Part shown: positions 1 to 9,548 of the stretch, one piece after another
Position numbering within the stretch: the stretch's first letter is position 1
Layout of the letters: every line of letters starts with the position of its first letter
IMG/VR virus record: IMGVR_UViG_2534681672_000004
DNA from: a virus
Lineage: Duplodnaviria > Heunggongvirae > Uroviricota > Caudoviricetes
DNA length: 33,568 bases
Reading direction: 5' to 3' (one strand)
Notes under the pieces: generated by a model
What the model was told of the DNA's origin: nothing
Database searches by the model: none
The model's input: only the letters and a program-made list of their open reading frames with translations
Position numbers and translations under genes: made by a program

Positions 1-723
1 ATGCTTTCCCACTCTTTTGAAGATCTTGCACAGGCCTTTCGGGTTTTATTAGAGTCTAACTGGTCACTACAGCGTTTGTTGGCTATTGATCGTGCTGAAG
101 CAATTGGCAATTTAGAATCGGGCCTGAATACACAACTTAATGCTTTTCATAATTTGTATGACAACATGCAAAGCAATGGATTAGAGCCTGACTGGTATTT
201 GAAACCTGAATTATTAATGATGCTTGTTATTCGAAATGCTCGGCATCATAACAAGGCCAACCGTATTAGAAGTATTTATAACTATCATCGTCAGTCCATG
301 AACGACCCTACACAGCAAAAAAACTATTTTTATGTGAATTTCCCGGCACCTCCAGAGGAAGAAGGTGGTGGCTATTTTGAGGTTCCTATCTCATGGGGAG
401 ATATTGATAAGATGCTTTCTCTGCCGCGTCAAGAATCGAGACTCCGACCAGAGGCCAAAGAACGTATACGTGATTATTTAGATGCTAATTCATTTGAAGC
501 ACAAGCAAACCAGCTAGGTCTCACAAAAGAAGATATATTCATCAACTATGTGCCGTTATCTATGAGCGCTGGAATCGCACTTCATCCATTCATCAAAGAT
601 AATATTTCGCTTAATGATGATTCGGTTGAAGCTAAAAGCTTTTTATCGCTTTTTGCTTCAACACATCCTGCGTTAACAAAGCAACATATCTGCAAGGCGA
701 TAGCTTTTTCATTACCAATCTAA
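1..723 (+). CDS. Hypothetical protein, AT-rich, no recognisable motif; may be 5'-truncated by the window edge
   Basis: 240-aa ORF ending at TAA 721-723, followed by a hairpin terminator. Composition is visibly more AT-rich than the adjacent phage late genes. Lies outside ogr, so either prophage-end cargo or flanking DNA. Confidence 0.45.
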   Translation: MLSHSFEDLAQAFRVLLESNWSLQRLLAIDRAEAIGNLESGLNTQLNAFHNLYDNMQSNGLEPDWYLKPELLMMLVIRNARHHNKANRIRSIYNYHRQSMNDPTQQKNYFYVNFPAPPEEEGGGYFEVPISWGDIDKMLSLPRQESRLRPEAKERIRDYLDANSFEAQANQLGLTKEDIFINYVPLSMSAGIALHPFIKDNISLNDDSVEAKSFLSLFASTHPALTKQHICKAIAFSLPI

Positions 724-735
724 GTTTGATACAAG

Positions 736-756
736 AAGGCCTGCAAAGCAGGCCTT
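736..756. terminator. Bidirectional rho-independent terminator hairpin between convergent genes
   Basis: Perfect inverted repeat AAGGCCTGC-AAA-GCAGGCCTT (9-bp stem, 3-nt loop) flanked by T/A-rich runs, between the 3' ends of ORF 1-723 (+) and ogr (-). Confidence 0.55.
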
Positions 757-760
757 TGAT

Positions 761-979
761 TTAAAGCCAGAGCTGATGTTGTTGGTATTTAGACGGGTGG
801 GGTGGGGCGGGTTCAATTTCTCCTGGCTTCACGATAAAACGAGCAAGGCTCTCGTGGGTGACGAAAGTGCAACCGCAGTTGATGTTCTGGCACTGGTGGT
901 AGCGCTCTTTCGTTTCAGTGCTCAGGTACCGGCTTGATCGTGCGTGTGCTGCATCCTGACATAGCGGACAGTGCATCAT
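761..979 (-). CDS. ogr: Ogr/B-family zinc-finger late-gene transcription activator
   Basis: Internal start MMHCPLCQ...; four-Cys pattern CPLCQ...CQNINCGC typical of P2 Ogr / 186 B; GGAGAGGGA RBS upstream of ATG at 979; located next to gene D as in P2/186. Confidence 0.85.
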   Translation of the reverse strand: MMHCPLCQDAAHARSSRYLSTETKERYHQCQNINCGCTFVTHESLARFIVKPGEIEPAPPHPSKYQQHQLWL

Positions 980-1055
980 AATTTCTTCCCTCTCCTTGCT
1001 GACTTGAGGGGGATAATAAACTTGAATCTTACATTTGCAAGTTTTGTTTGTATAA

Positions 1056-2228
1056 TCAAGATTCGTCGGTGTCATATTCTACATCCGAAAGCATCACCTC
1101 AAGCTCTACAGCCGTTGTGAAGCCATTCCCACCGAGATTATGGGTCACCCTGCTGATTATCCATGCTTGCTCGTCTATAACGCTCTTAAAGCCTGAGACC
1201 CTGACCGGCGTTTCGGGGTAAATATCCTCGCGGCCGGTCGCTAACATAATGGAGAACTCCGCAACCCCACGCTGCAATTTATCCCACTTCGCCTGAGCTG
1301 CACGCATCGCTTGCGCCTTTGTCGCGTAAATGGTCGTCAGCGCGAAAACGTTGTCAGCCTCACCGGCCATGTATTCACCCTCGCGGGCTTCCTGCTCTTT
1401 TTGCTTTTTGGCCGTGACTTTACTGCTCACTGGTTTTGCTTTCGGGTGCTGTAGCGCCCGGAGGTGTTGCTCTTTGGGCTTACGTTTCAGCTTCACTGTC
1501 TGCTTTTGTTTCGCCGGTTTCGGGTCTTTAGTGTGCAGCCACTTAGCGGTTACGCCGGTGTAAGCGCCACGGTCGGCAATGGCAAACTGATGCCGGTCAC
1601 CGTCACCGCGCTGGATGGTAATTTGAGGAATAGCTTTTCCACTGGCAGTGGTACCGCTTCCCGCTTTGAGCATCAGCAATCTACCCGCTTTCACTGAGAC
1701 CGCACCGCCGTTGCGTTCTGCGAGGCGAGTCAGGAAAACGGCGTCGGATTCCTGAGACTGGTCGATATGCGGAATCTGGATCCCCGCAAGAGAATCAGTG
1801 ACGCTGGCCGTTAACTTGTTCCGCTCAGCTATCGAGCTGACGATTGCGCCGAGCGTGGTGTCATGCCATGACTCCTCACGACGGGAATTAAGCGTCCCGC
1901 GAAAATCCGCACCCCGGGCGCGAATGGTTACCGTATCCGGCGCCCCCCGGTGCTCTACCTCATCGACGGTAAATCGCCCCTTGCTGACCAGAGAGAAACC
2001 TTTCCACCCGAGATACAGCGACAGCACCGCACCGCGAATCGGCAATGCGACCAGACCGTCAGTATCGTCGAGCTCGATGTCGAGCTGGTCGGCCTCAAAA
2101 CCCCGATTGTCCGTCATCGAGAGGTTAATCAGCCGGTCACTGATATTGCCGGTGATATCTTTGCTTTCCAGTGTCAGCATAAAGTCGGGCGTCAGCGTGG
2201 CACCCGCGCCGGTGATAATATCCAGCAT
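1056..2228 (-). CDS. D: Tail protein gpD (P2 late gene D family)
   Basis: 390-aa ORF at the distal end of the FI-FII-E-T-U-D tail operon; size and position match P2 gpD. Confidence 0.85.
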   Translation of the reverse strand: MLDIITGAGATLTPDFMLTLESKDITGNISDRLINLSMTDNRGFEADQLDIELDDTDGLVALPIRGAVLSLYLGWKGFSLVSKGRFTVDEVEHRGAPDTVTIRARGADFRGTLNSRREESWHDTTLGAIVSSIAERNKLTASVTDSLAGIQIPHIDQSQESDAVFLTRLAERNGGAVSVKAGRLLMLKAGSGTTASGKAIPQITIQRGDGDRHQFAIADRGAYTGVTAKWLHTKDPKPAKQKQTVKLKRKPKEQHLRALQHPKAKPVSSKVTAKKQKEQEAREGEYMAGEADNVFALTTIYATKAQAMRAAQAKWDKLQRGVAEFSIMLATGREDIYPETPVRVSGFKSVIDEQAWIISRVTHNLGGNGFTTAVELEVMLSDVEYDTDES

Positions 2229-2230
2229 GA

Positions 2231-2695
2231 TTACGCCCCCACCATCGACAGCAGATCGCCAGCTTTCCCGACCAGACTTTCGGCCTGTTTTCCAATATCG
2301 CCATACACCGCGGCGAGCGACTCATCGACACGGGTCAGTGACAGGGTGAAGCTGATTTTTCGTGGCGTCCCATCCTCAAAAAATACCGTGCCGGTCTCCG
2401 AGACATTACTGACAACAAACATCCCGTAAATCCAGCCTGAGCCAGAGATAAGCGGCCATGCGCGCCCCTGTTCAGCCATTGCATAAAGCGCCAGCATCGT
2501 GAGCTTACCGCCGGTCAGCTCAGGATACAGGTCACCGCTCAGGGTGATTTTATCTTCCCCCTCGCCGAGATACTGAAAAGCGTCACGCTTCCCGATGCGA
2601 GAGTTTGACGCCCAGCTATAATCCGCGCTGCGCTGCATGCTCTGGTAGGGCAGCGTCTGACGCATAAAAACAAACATACCTAATGCCAGCATCAT
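2231..2695 (-). CDS. U: Tail protein gpU
   Basis: 154-aa ORF between T and D, tightly packed (3-bp spacing to D), matching P2 gene order. Confidence 0.8.
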   Translation of the reverse strand: MMLALGMFVFMRQTLPYQSMQRSADYSWASNSRIGKRDAFQYLGEGEDKITLSGDLYPELTGGKLTMLALYAMAEQGRAWPLISGSGWIYGMFVVSNVSETGTVFFEDGTPRKISFTLSLTRVDESLAAVYGDIGKQAESLVGKAGDLLSMVGA

Positions 2696-2706
2696 AATCA
2701 GTCTCC

Positions 2707-5136
2707 TTAGTCATGCATCATGCTTGCGCGGGCTTTGGCGCGCTTCTCGCGCTCATACTTTTCTAATGCATCCTGCAAATCATTACCCAACCGATCTCCC
2801 GGCATACCATTGCCCGGCACGGTGATTTGATAGATTGGCCGACTCTGGTCGATGTAGGTTTTACCGGCGGGTGCCGTGACCGGCTGATAGCTGTTGTATG
2901 CGCTGATTGCCGGGCTGTAACCGTTCTGCGTCGCTGCATTGGCTTTCGCCGCTGTCTGGTCAAGTGAGCTGGATTCTTTGTTGATAATGCCGAGTTTTTC
3001 GAGCACCCAGTCAATCCCGCTTCGCAGCTTGTTAAAGGCGTTAAGCGGCATCAGCAGCGCATCGGCCAGCGTCTGACCGAACATAACCCCAACATCACGA
3101 CAACTGTTGAGCGTGTCCTGAGTCGCTTTCACCGGCGCTATCAGGTCTTTAAACCACTGCCAGACGCCGCGAAGTTTTTCGCCGAGACCGTCGAAAATGG
3201 GTGCCAGCGGGGCGAACATTTCCCCGACCGGCGCAAAGGCACTCATGAGCCCCTCGACCACACCGGCAAAGAATGCGCTGACAGGCTCCCAGTATTTACG
3301 GATAAGCAGCGCGCCAGCGACAACAGCCGCCGCTACCGCCACGACAGGCCACGTAATAGCACCAATAGCCGCAATGACCCCGCCACTGATTGTCGTAAAG
3401 ACCGCACCAAGCGCACCAGCCGCCGAAATGATGGCGTTAATGCCAGTAATTACCGGCCACGATACAAGGCCAATGGCACCAATCATCCCCACAATACCGA
3501 CAGCTGCCGCCGTAATGACACCCAGCGTGGTGGCAAGAGATTTGTTCTTTTGGATCCAGCTATCGAGCCTCAATACATACCCTGTCGTCGTTTGTACCAG
3601 CTTTCTTAATGATGACTCTTGCTGGTCAAACAGGTCGGTTCCTACCGCTTCATACGCAGACTGAAACTCTTTAAAATCGCCGCCGAGGTTATCCTGCATG
3701 ACCTTCACCAGCTCAGCGGTTTTGCCATCCGATGCTTTAAGGGAAGCGGTAAGCTGGTCTAATTTCCCGCTCGAGGCAGCGGTCATGAGTACCGCAGCCG
3801 ACGAGCTGGCCTCTTCACCGAAAATGGTTTTCATATATTCGGCACGCTGGCCGGTGCCGAGGTTGTTTTTATCAAAACTCCGCTGCATTTCTTTCAGGAT
3901 GGTAAATATTGGACGTGTGTTCCCCTTACCATCAGCCGTTTTGACGCCGAGCTCTTTAATGGCGTCATACGCTTTGCCCGTTGGAGCCTGCAGGCGACTT
4001 AATACGGCACGGCTCCCCGTACCCGCCATCGATCCCGTAATTTTGGCGTCATGCAGTGCGCCGACCATTGCGGCTGTTTCTTCGATGCTGACCCCGGCAT
4101 TTTTCGCCACCGGCGCGGCATAAGTCAGCGCATCACTCAGGCCGTCAAAGTCGGCGGCGGTTTTGTTCATCGTCATCGACAGAACATCACCGATATGGGC
4201 GACCTTATCGTTTGAAAGCTGGAAGGCAGAGCGCATCCCCATCAATAACCCGGCGTTCTCTTCCATCGTTCGACGGTTTGCGAGCGCCATATCGAGTGTT
4301 ACGGGGGTAGCGGCCTGAATAGCCGCAGCATCGCCGCCAGCCTTTGCAATAATAATCTGAGCACCGGCAGCATCATCAGCCGACGCGGCGGTGTTGTCAC
4401 CGAGCTGGCGCGCCTGTTTGCGGAGCGCCACCATATCAGCTGAGTCTTTACCGACACCGAGAACGGCCTGTAACTCAGAGTTTTTCTGAGCAAAATCATA
4501 ACCGGGCTTCATCAGTGCAACACCGGCAAGCGCTCCGGTCGTTGCCATGCCTATCCCGGCAGCGCCCATCGATGCCGCATTTCCAGCCAGTGCCTTTCCT
4601 GCCTGATAGCGTTTTTGTACTGCGCTGAGTTTTGCCTGTTGCGCGCTGACCCGCGCCAGTGCTTCATGCTGGCGGTTAAGTTGTGCGGTAGTTTCATTGA
4701 TAGAGTTTTTCAGGCGGCTTTCATCATTCGACAGATTGCGCGTATTAATCCCCGCTTTGCCGAGCTCGGTCTGTTGCCGCTTCACCGATTGGGTGAGGCT
4801 GTTATATTTTGCCTGTAACCCTTCAGCCGAACGCTTTGCTGATTCCAGCACTCTGGCCTGTGCCGCCGTTGGCCGTTCCGTGTTTTTAAACTGCACCGCC
4901 AGCTCGGCGGCTTCCTGTTTTGCCTTTTCCAGTGCCTGTCCGGTTACCGCCAGTTGTGCGCTGGTTTTGCGAAAACCGTCGATTTTCGATGCCTGACCAT
5001 TCAAATCACGCAGGGATTGCTGAGTCGTGCGGATATCGCCAGACAGCGATTTGCTCGCCGTCTGGAGCGCTTTAAAGGGTCGGGTCGCCTGGTCGACAGC
5101 TTTCAGCAGCACTTCGAGTTTGAGGTTATTACTCAT
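2707..5136 (-). CDS. T: Tail tape-measure protein gpT
   Basis: 809-aa ORF, Ala/Gln-rich coiled-coil N-terminal part followed by Gly/Ala-rich hydrophobic segments, located immediately after E/E' as in P2. Confidence 0.9.
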   Translation of the reverse strand: MSNNLKLEVLLKAVDQATRPFKALQTASKSLSGDIRTTQQSLRDLNGQASKIDGFRKTSAQLAVTGQALEKAKQEAAELAVQFKNTERPTAAQARVLESAKRSAEGLQAKYNSLTQSVKRQQTELGKAGINTRNLSNDESRLKNSINETTAQLNRQHEALARVSAQQAKLSAVQKRYQAGKALAGNAASMGAAGIGMATTGALAGVALMKPGYDFAQKNSELQAVLGVGKDSADMVALRKQARQLGDNTAASADDAAGAQIIIAKAGGDAAAIQAATPVTLDMALANRRTMEENAGLLMGMRSAFQLSNDKVAHIGDVLSMTMNKTAADFDGLSDALTYAAPVAKNAGVSIEETAAMVGALHDAKITGSMAGTGSRAVLSRLQAPTGKAYDAIKELGVKTADGKGNTRPIFTILKEMQRSFDKNNLGTGQRAEYMKTIFGEEASSSAAVLMTAASSGKLDQLTASLKASDGKTAELVKVMQDNLGGDFKEFQSAYEAVGTDLFDQQESSLRKLVQTTTGYVLRLDSWIQKNKSLATTLGVITAAAVGIVGMIGAIGLVSWPVITGINAIISAAGALGAVFTTISGGVIAAIGAITWPVVAVAAAVVAGALLIRKYWEPVSAFFAGVVEGLMSAFAPVGEMFAPLAPIFDGLGEKLRGVWQWFKDLIAPVKATQDTLNSCRDVGVMFGQTLADALLMPLNAFNKLRSGIDWVLEKLGIINKESSSLDQTAAKANAATQNGYSPAISAYNSYQPVTAPAGKTYIDQSRPIYQITVPGNGMPGDRLGNDLQDALEKYEREKRAKARASMMHD

Positions 5137-5562
5137 TCGTGTTTCCGCTTCGCTGTAGCGCTTTTTCGCGCCAGTTGACGAGTTCGGTCAGGCTCATGGG
5201 ATACAGGTCTGATGGCGACCAGTGGAAAATTACCGCTATGTCAGCCATCAGGTCATCGACCGAGAGTTTTTGCGGGAAGGTTACGCCGCCTAACTCGGTG
5301 ACAAAAAACCGACCACCTTACCGGCAAACGACAGCAGGTCGGGCAGCTCCAGTGCGGCGGCTTCCTGCTCGGTCAGCGACGGCATGGTCATGCGCGGCAG
5401 CACTTTAATCAGCGCATCGACGTCAGAGTTTGCGACAGATGCCAGGCTGACACCGCGAAGGGTTCCGGCACACGGTTTTAACAGGGTGACGTCGGTAATA
5501 ACCTGCTCACCGCGCTTAATGGGTTTAATCAGAGTGACGATATTTTCGTTAGTTTTATCCAT
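5129..5562 (-). CDS. Tail assembly chaperone gpE+E' produced by -1 programmed ribosomal frameshift
   Basis: Slippery heptamer T TTT TTG (minus strand, about 5302-5308) in frame ggT-TTT-TTG near the end of E. The -1 frame stays open about 58 codons to TAA at 5129-5131, overlapping the start of T, as in P2 E/E'. Confidence 0.7.
5290..5562 (-). CDS. E: Tail assembly chaperone gpE (zero-frame product)
   Basis: 90-aa ORF directly upstream of T; ends ...VGFLSPS just after a T-TTT-TTG slippery heptamer. Confidence 0.85.
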   Translation of the reverse strand: MDKTNENIVTLIKPIKRGEQVITDVTLLKPCAGTLRGVSLASVANSDVDALIKVLPRMTMPSLTEQEAAALELPDLLSFAGKVVGFLSPS

Positions 5563-5624
5563 GATATTTCTCGTTAAATTCTGGTTTCAGGATGCCCGGC
5601 CAGCCATGCTGACCGGGGCATAAA

Positions 5625-6143
5625 TTACAGGCCGATATTTTGTCGGTGCGCCTCGAGCATGTCGGTGCCGTTCACTTTTTCGATGAGGTTCACGGTGTCG
5701 ATTTCCACCAGTTCCGAGCCATTCATCGTCAGCTTGAAATAGGTACACGCGAGAGCGATTTTCGACTCGGTGTCTTCGCCCTGTTTGGCTTCACCGAGGT
5801 CGATTTCTTTCTGACGGCCACGGAGAACAACCTCAACCGGCACGGTCTCGCCGGTGTCATCACGCTGGTAAGACCCGGCAAAACGTAGCGGTACGGAGGC
5901 CGCGCCGGTGGCAGCGTATAACGACCAGATAGCGTCATCGGGGAAGCCGCCGAGAGAGATTTCAGCCGACAGCGCATCGTCATCGAGGCCGAGGTCGACC
6001 GGTGCCGAACCATTCATCCCGCCGCCGCGATAGTTCTCGAGCTTGCGGGTTAATTTCGGCAGCGTGACGGACTGCACGACGCCGAGATAACTCACCCCAT
6101 CGATAAACAGGTTCATGAGTTTGAGCTTGCGCGGTAATGCCAT
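5625..6143 (-). CDS. FII: Tail tube protein gpFII
   Basis: 172-aa ORF (same length as P2 FII) immediately downstream of FI. Confidence 0.9.
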   Translation of the reverse strand: MALPRKLKLMNLFIDGVSYLGVVQSVTLPKLTRKLENYRGGGMNGSAPVDLGLDDDALSAEISLGGFPDDAIWSLYAATGAASVPLRFAGSYQRDDTGETVPVEVVLRGRQKEIDLGEAKQGEDTESKIALACTYFKLTMNGSELVEIDTVNLIEKVNGTDMLEAHRQNIGL

Positions 6144-6155
6144 TTGTCAGGCTCC

Positions 6156-7343
6156 TTATTTGCTGTTGACGGACGAGATAAGATTCGCCAGATATTTATC
6201 AGTAATGCGCTGGCGTAAGGTCAGGTGTTCGAGTGGCGGCACCGGCGTATAGTCATAATCGATAAACAGTTTCCCGGCTTTCAGGGTTTCTTTACTGTTG
6301 GCCTCTTCGTCAAACCAGCACGTCGCATCGATGATGTAACCGCCGGTTTTCAGCTCGCGGAATTTCGCGTTGATGCCGTCGATAATGTCGCGAATCAACG
6401 TCGCGGTGATGGGCTTATCGTTCGCCCACATATGCCCCTCGGCTATTGTGTCGGGTATGACCTGTGCGGTGCGGGTGTAGTTCTCAAACTGAAACAGCGG
6501 GTCATCGGAGCAATTACGGTTACCCCAGAAGCGGAAACCATCGGCACGAATCAGCGTTGTAACACCGGCCTCATTCAGCAGGTCGGCATCAGTGCCAGAT
6601 TCCTGCAAATCCCAGAAGACCGACGCACTGATACCGGTGACGCCATTGATGCCGACGTTTGACAGGGTTTTATGCCAGCCTGTGTCATTGTCGATTTTTG
6701 CGCGCAGTCCCAACGCGATCGCTGTTGCATAACTGGTTGTGGTCGCGTTGGCCGTGGTATCCCACCCGAGGAAGTCAGGCCAGATAATCATGAGCTCACG
6801 GGCGCTGAAGTTTTCGCGGTAGGCGATAACGTCAGCAATGGTTTTACAGCCCCACGCGCTGACATAGGCGAAAGCGCGCAGCTTCTGAGCCACGGAGACA
6901 AGCGCGGTCGCCACCTCCTGAGTATCGAGCCCCGGCACACCGAGAATACGTGGCTTCACGCCGGTGACCGCTTTCGCCGTTAACAGCGCTTTCATCCCGG
7001 TATATTTGCCATTCTCATCCGTGGTGCCGATGATGTTAGAAATGGTTTGCGCCTGTGCCTCTTCGCCGTCGCCGGTACCCTCCGCGACACGCACAACAAC
7101 GACAACCGGTTTTGACTGGTTAGCGATGAGCTGTAAGGATTTTGCCAGGGTACCTTTAGTACCGGCTTTTGCGATGGCGCTTTGTGGGTTGGTAATCAGC
7201 ACCGGCTCATTGAGAGGGAAAGCCCCGGCGTCAGCATCACTGGCTGTGCAGACCATGCCAACGACCGCCGTTGATACCGTCGAGATTGTGCGGGTGCCGT
7301 CGTTAATTTCGACGACCTCGACACCGTGATGATAATCACTCAT
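6156..7343 (-). CDS. FI: Contractile tail sheath protein gpFI
   Basis: 395-aa ORF at the head of the FI-FII-E-T-U-D operon; size and order match P2 FI. Confidence 0.9.
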   Translation of the reverse strand: MSDYHHGVEVVEINDGTRTISTVSTAVVGMVCTASDADAGAFPLNEPVLITNPQSAIAKAGTKGTLAKSLQLIANQSKPVVVVVRVAEGTGDGEEAQAQTISNIIGTTDENGKYTGMKALLTAKAVTGVKPRILGVPGLDTQEVATALVSVAQKLRAFAYVSAWGCKTIADVIAYRENFSARELMIIWPDFLGWDTTANATTTSYATAIALGLRAKIDNDTGWHKTLSNVGINGVTGISASVFWDLQESGTDADLLNEAGVTTLIRADGFRFWGNRNCSDDPLFQFENYTRTAQVIPDTIAEGHMWANDKPITATLIRDIIDGINAKFRELKTGGYIIDATCWFDEEANSKETLKAGKLFIDYDYTPVPPLEHLTLRQRITDKYLANLISSVNSK

Positions 7344-7407
7344 CCGTTTAACTCCGTTAGTTGAGGTGAGTGATATTGTCTGGTTTACGCCTGTATGCGG
7401 CTATTTG

Positions 7408-7986
7408 TCAGGGTTCGCCGGTGGCTGACACAACGGGATTTGTCGCCGGAAATTTTTTATACAGCGTCGATATGCCCACATCAAAAATCAGTGCAACACG
7501 CTGTCGGGATTCTCCGGCCGCAATCAACCGGCCAGCCTGAGCCCATTCATCAGGCGTCAGCTTCGGCCTACGACCTCCGATCCTGCCTTGTGCCCGGGCT
7601 GCATCCAGCCCGGCGCGGGTTCGTTCGACGATTAACTCGCGTTCCATTTCTGCAAGAGCGCCCATGATGTGAAAGAAAAATCGCCCCATCGGGGTTGAGG
7701 TATCAATACTGTCGGTCAGGCTTCTGAAATTAACCCCTCGCTGGCGAAGCTCTTCAGTCATAGAGACAAGATGGCGCATGCTACGCCCGAGCCTGTCGAG
7801 CTTCCAGACAACGAGAGTATCACCGGCATTAAGTTGCCTGAGTGCGCGATTTAACCCTGGCCTGTTTGTCGATTTACCGCTGATTTTATCCTCGAAAATT
7901 AGCTCACATCCCGACCGTTCCAGCGCGTCACGCTGTAGCGCGGTATTTTGTTCATTTGTTGATACGCGCACATAGCCAACCTGCAT
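7408..7986 (-). CDS. Serine-recombinase DNA invertase (Hin/Gin/Cin/Pin family)
   Basis: N-terminus MQVGYVRVSTNEQNTALQRDAL... with catalytic-Ser motif; C-terminal HTH (GESRQRVALIFDVGISTLYKKF); GAGGGA RBS before ATG at 7986; sits beside an invertible tail-fibre segment. Confidence 0.9.
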   Translation of the reverse strand: MQVGYVRVSTNEQNTALQRDALERSGCELIFEDKISGKSTNRPGLNRALRQLNAGDTLVVWKLDRLGRSMRHLVSMTEELRQRGVNFRSLTDSIDTSTPMGRFFFHIMGALAEMERELIVERTRAGLDAARAQGRIGGRRPKLTPDEWAQAGRLIAAGESRQRVALIFDVGISTLYKKFPATNPVVSATGEP

Positions 7987-8040
7987 TTGTTTTCCCTCAT
8001 GCAAAAGCCCAAATGATGCCAGCTAGGGGGGAAAACTACA

Positions 8041-8066
8041 TTTTCTTAAACGTTGGTTTGGGAGAA
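8041..8066. other. hix/gix-like 26-bp recombination site (left boundary of invertible segment)
   Basis: TTTTCTTAAACG-TT-GGTTTGGGAGAA: two 12-bp half-sites around a 2-bp core; inverted copy of the site at 9888-9913. Confidence 0.8.
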
Positions 8067-8513
8067 GGTTCGGCATTACCCGTTGGTGTGCCTGTTCCGT
8101 GGCCTTCCGCCACTCCGCCAACAGGCTGGCTGAAATGCAACGGTGCGGCTTTTTCTGCTGAAGAATACCCGGAACTGGCAAAGGCTTACCCGACAAATAA
8201 ATTGCCTGATTTACGTGGTGAGTTCATTCGTGGCTGGGATGACGGAAGAGGAATAGATACTAACCGTAGCTTGCTTTCGTCACAGGGAGATGCCATTCGA
8301 AATATAATTGGTGCATTAGTGGATGTCAGGTTTAATACCTACCCTTCTGATTCTGGCGTTTTTACAACCAGCGTCATCGGAGATGCTTCATCTGATTCAA
8401 TTAAAGGTGGTTATGCAAAGCGAGTAACATTCGATGCTTCCAGAGTTGTTCCAACTGCAAACGAAAACCGACCTCGTAACATTGCCTTTAATTATATCGT
8501 GAGGGCTGCCTGA
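8055..8513 (+). CDS. Alternative tail-fibre C-terminal cassette (no own start; expressed only after inversion)
   Basis: Frame open from the hix core to a stop at 8513; encodes ...PVPWPSATPPTGWLKCNGAAFSAEEYPELAKAYP...NENRPRNIAFNYIVRAA, which I recall as close to Mu S/S' variable fibre ends. Confidence 0.75.
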   Translation, partial: GLGEGSALPVGVPVPWPSATPPTGWLKCNGAAFSAEEYPELAKAYPTNKLPDLRGEFIRGWDDGRGIDTNRSLLSSQGDAIRNIIGALVDVRFNTYPSDSGVFTTSVIGDASSDSIKGGYAKRVTFDASRVVPTANENRPRNIAFNYIVRAA

Positions 8514-9115
8514 TGAATAAAGCCGTATTAAATAACGAACTCATTGCCATAAAAGCGGGAGACATTACCATTTATAATTATGATGGTGAAACGCGGGAAT
8601 ATATTTCCACATCAACTGAATATCTTGCGGTTGGCGTCGGTATCCCGGCATGTTCTTGTTTAGATGCACCAGTTACACATAAAGCTGGTTATGCAATCTG
8701 CCGTTCTGCAGATTTTAACTCATGGGAATATGTGCCAGACCATCGCGGTGAAATCATCTATAGCACCGAAACAGGAGAATCGAAAGAAATCACAGCTCCG
8801 GGTGATTACCCTGAAAATACAACCACTATCGCCCCGTTAACGCCATATGATAAATGGGATGGTGAGAAATGGGTGACGGATACTGAGGCACAGCATAGTG
8901 CCGCAGTAGACGCGGCAGAAGCACAGCGCCAGTCACTGATTGATGCAGCAATGGCTTCCATTAGTCTGATTCAGCTGAAATTACAGGCCGGACGGAAGTT
9001 GACGCAGGCAGAAACAACCCGACTTAACGCCGTGCTGGATTACATTGACGCGGTGACGGCAACAGATACCAGCACCGCGCCGGATGTCATCTGGCCTGAA
9101 CTGCCGGAGGCGTAG
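8513..9115 (+). CDS. Tail-fibre assembly chaperone (partner of the alternative fibre C-terminus)
   Basis: 200-aa ORF starting at the stop of the alternative cassette; C-terminal LNAVLDYIDAVTATDTSTAPDVIWPELP motif typical of Tfa/gpG/U proteins. Confidence 0.85.
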   Translation: MNKAVLNNELIAIKAGDITIYNYDGETREYISTSTEYLAVGVGIPACSCLDAPVTHKAGYAICRSADFNSWEYVPDHRGEIIYSTETGESKEITAPGDYPENTTTIAPLTPYDKWDGEKWVTDTEAQHSAAVDAAEAQRQSLIDAAMASISLIQLKLQAGRKLTQAETTRLNAVLDYIDAVTATDTSTAPDVIWPELPEA

Positions 9116-9527
9116 GCCATTCAATATCTGGAGCACTGGAGGTATCGACCAGTTCCAGTGCGTCCAGATAATCCAGCCACAAATTATATTGCGCCAGTTC
9201 CTCACCTTTCAGGCGACCAATAGCCGCTTTACCAGGCCATTGTTTACTGTTCATATAATCGTTGGCCTGATTAATCAGTTGCTGCTTTTCCAGTTCGGCT
9301 GCAGCAATCTGTTCCTCATGTGTTGGTGGTGGAATTTCAGACCATGCAGGAAAACCATTTTCTCCAGCGATACGGATTTTTCCTTTCGGCGGTAATCCGG
9401 AAAACTCAATATACGCTTGCTCATCAACTTCAACAGCATCATCTGGCCATGAGTCAGCTTGAGTGTAATCCTCTTTCATCTCCAGCGGATAGAAAGAGTT
9501 TGTAGTCACGGAATATATGTAATTCAT
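9087..9527 (-). CDS. Tail-fibre assembly chaperone (partner of the currently expressed fibre C-terminus)
   Basis: 146-aa ORF directly downstream of H; C-terminal NLWLDYLDALELVDTSSAPDIEWPTPP motif typical of Tfa proteins; converges on and overlaps the other Tfa gene. Confidence 0.85.
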   Translation of the reverse strand: MNYIYSVTTNSFYPLEMKEDYTQADSWPDDAVEVDEQAYIEFSGLPPKGKIRIAGENGFPAWSEIPPPTHEEQIAAAELEKQQLINQANDYMNSKQWPGKAAIGRLKGEELAQYNLWLDYLDALELVDTSSAPDIEWPTPPAVQAR

Positions 9528-9548
9528 TTTTCACTCCATATAGCTAAA

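Noticed and set aside
793-812. G-rich run GGGTGGGGTGGGGCGGG considered as a cos-like or G-quadruplex element
   Set aside because: Lies inside the ogr coding sequence (encodes the Pro-rich C-terminus on the minus strand) and does not match the cos core; the real cos-like sequence is at 25035-25053.
3197-4123. Two long plus-strand ORFs (155 and 141 aa) inside the tape-measure gene
   Set aside because: Antisense to gpT in GC-rich DNA with Ala/Pro/Thr-rich low-complexity translations; typical spurious ORFs in high-GC coding sequence.
7395-7419. Palindrome TGTCAG-N13-CTGACA upstream of FI, considered as an Ogr-dependent late promoter site
   Set aside because: Spacing (TGT-N19-ACA) does not fit the TGT-N12-ACA Ogr site as I recall it; it overlaps the invertase stop codon and may be a terminator or coincidental.
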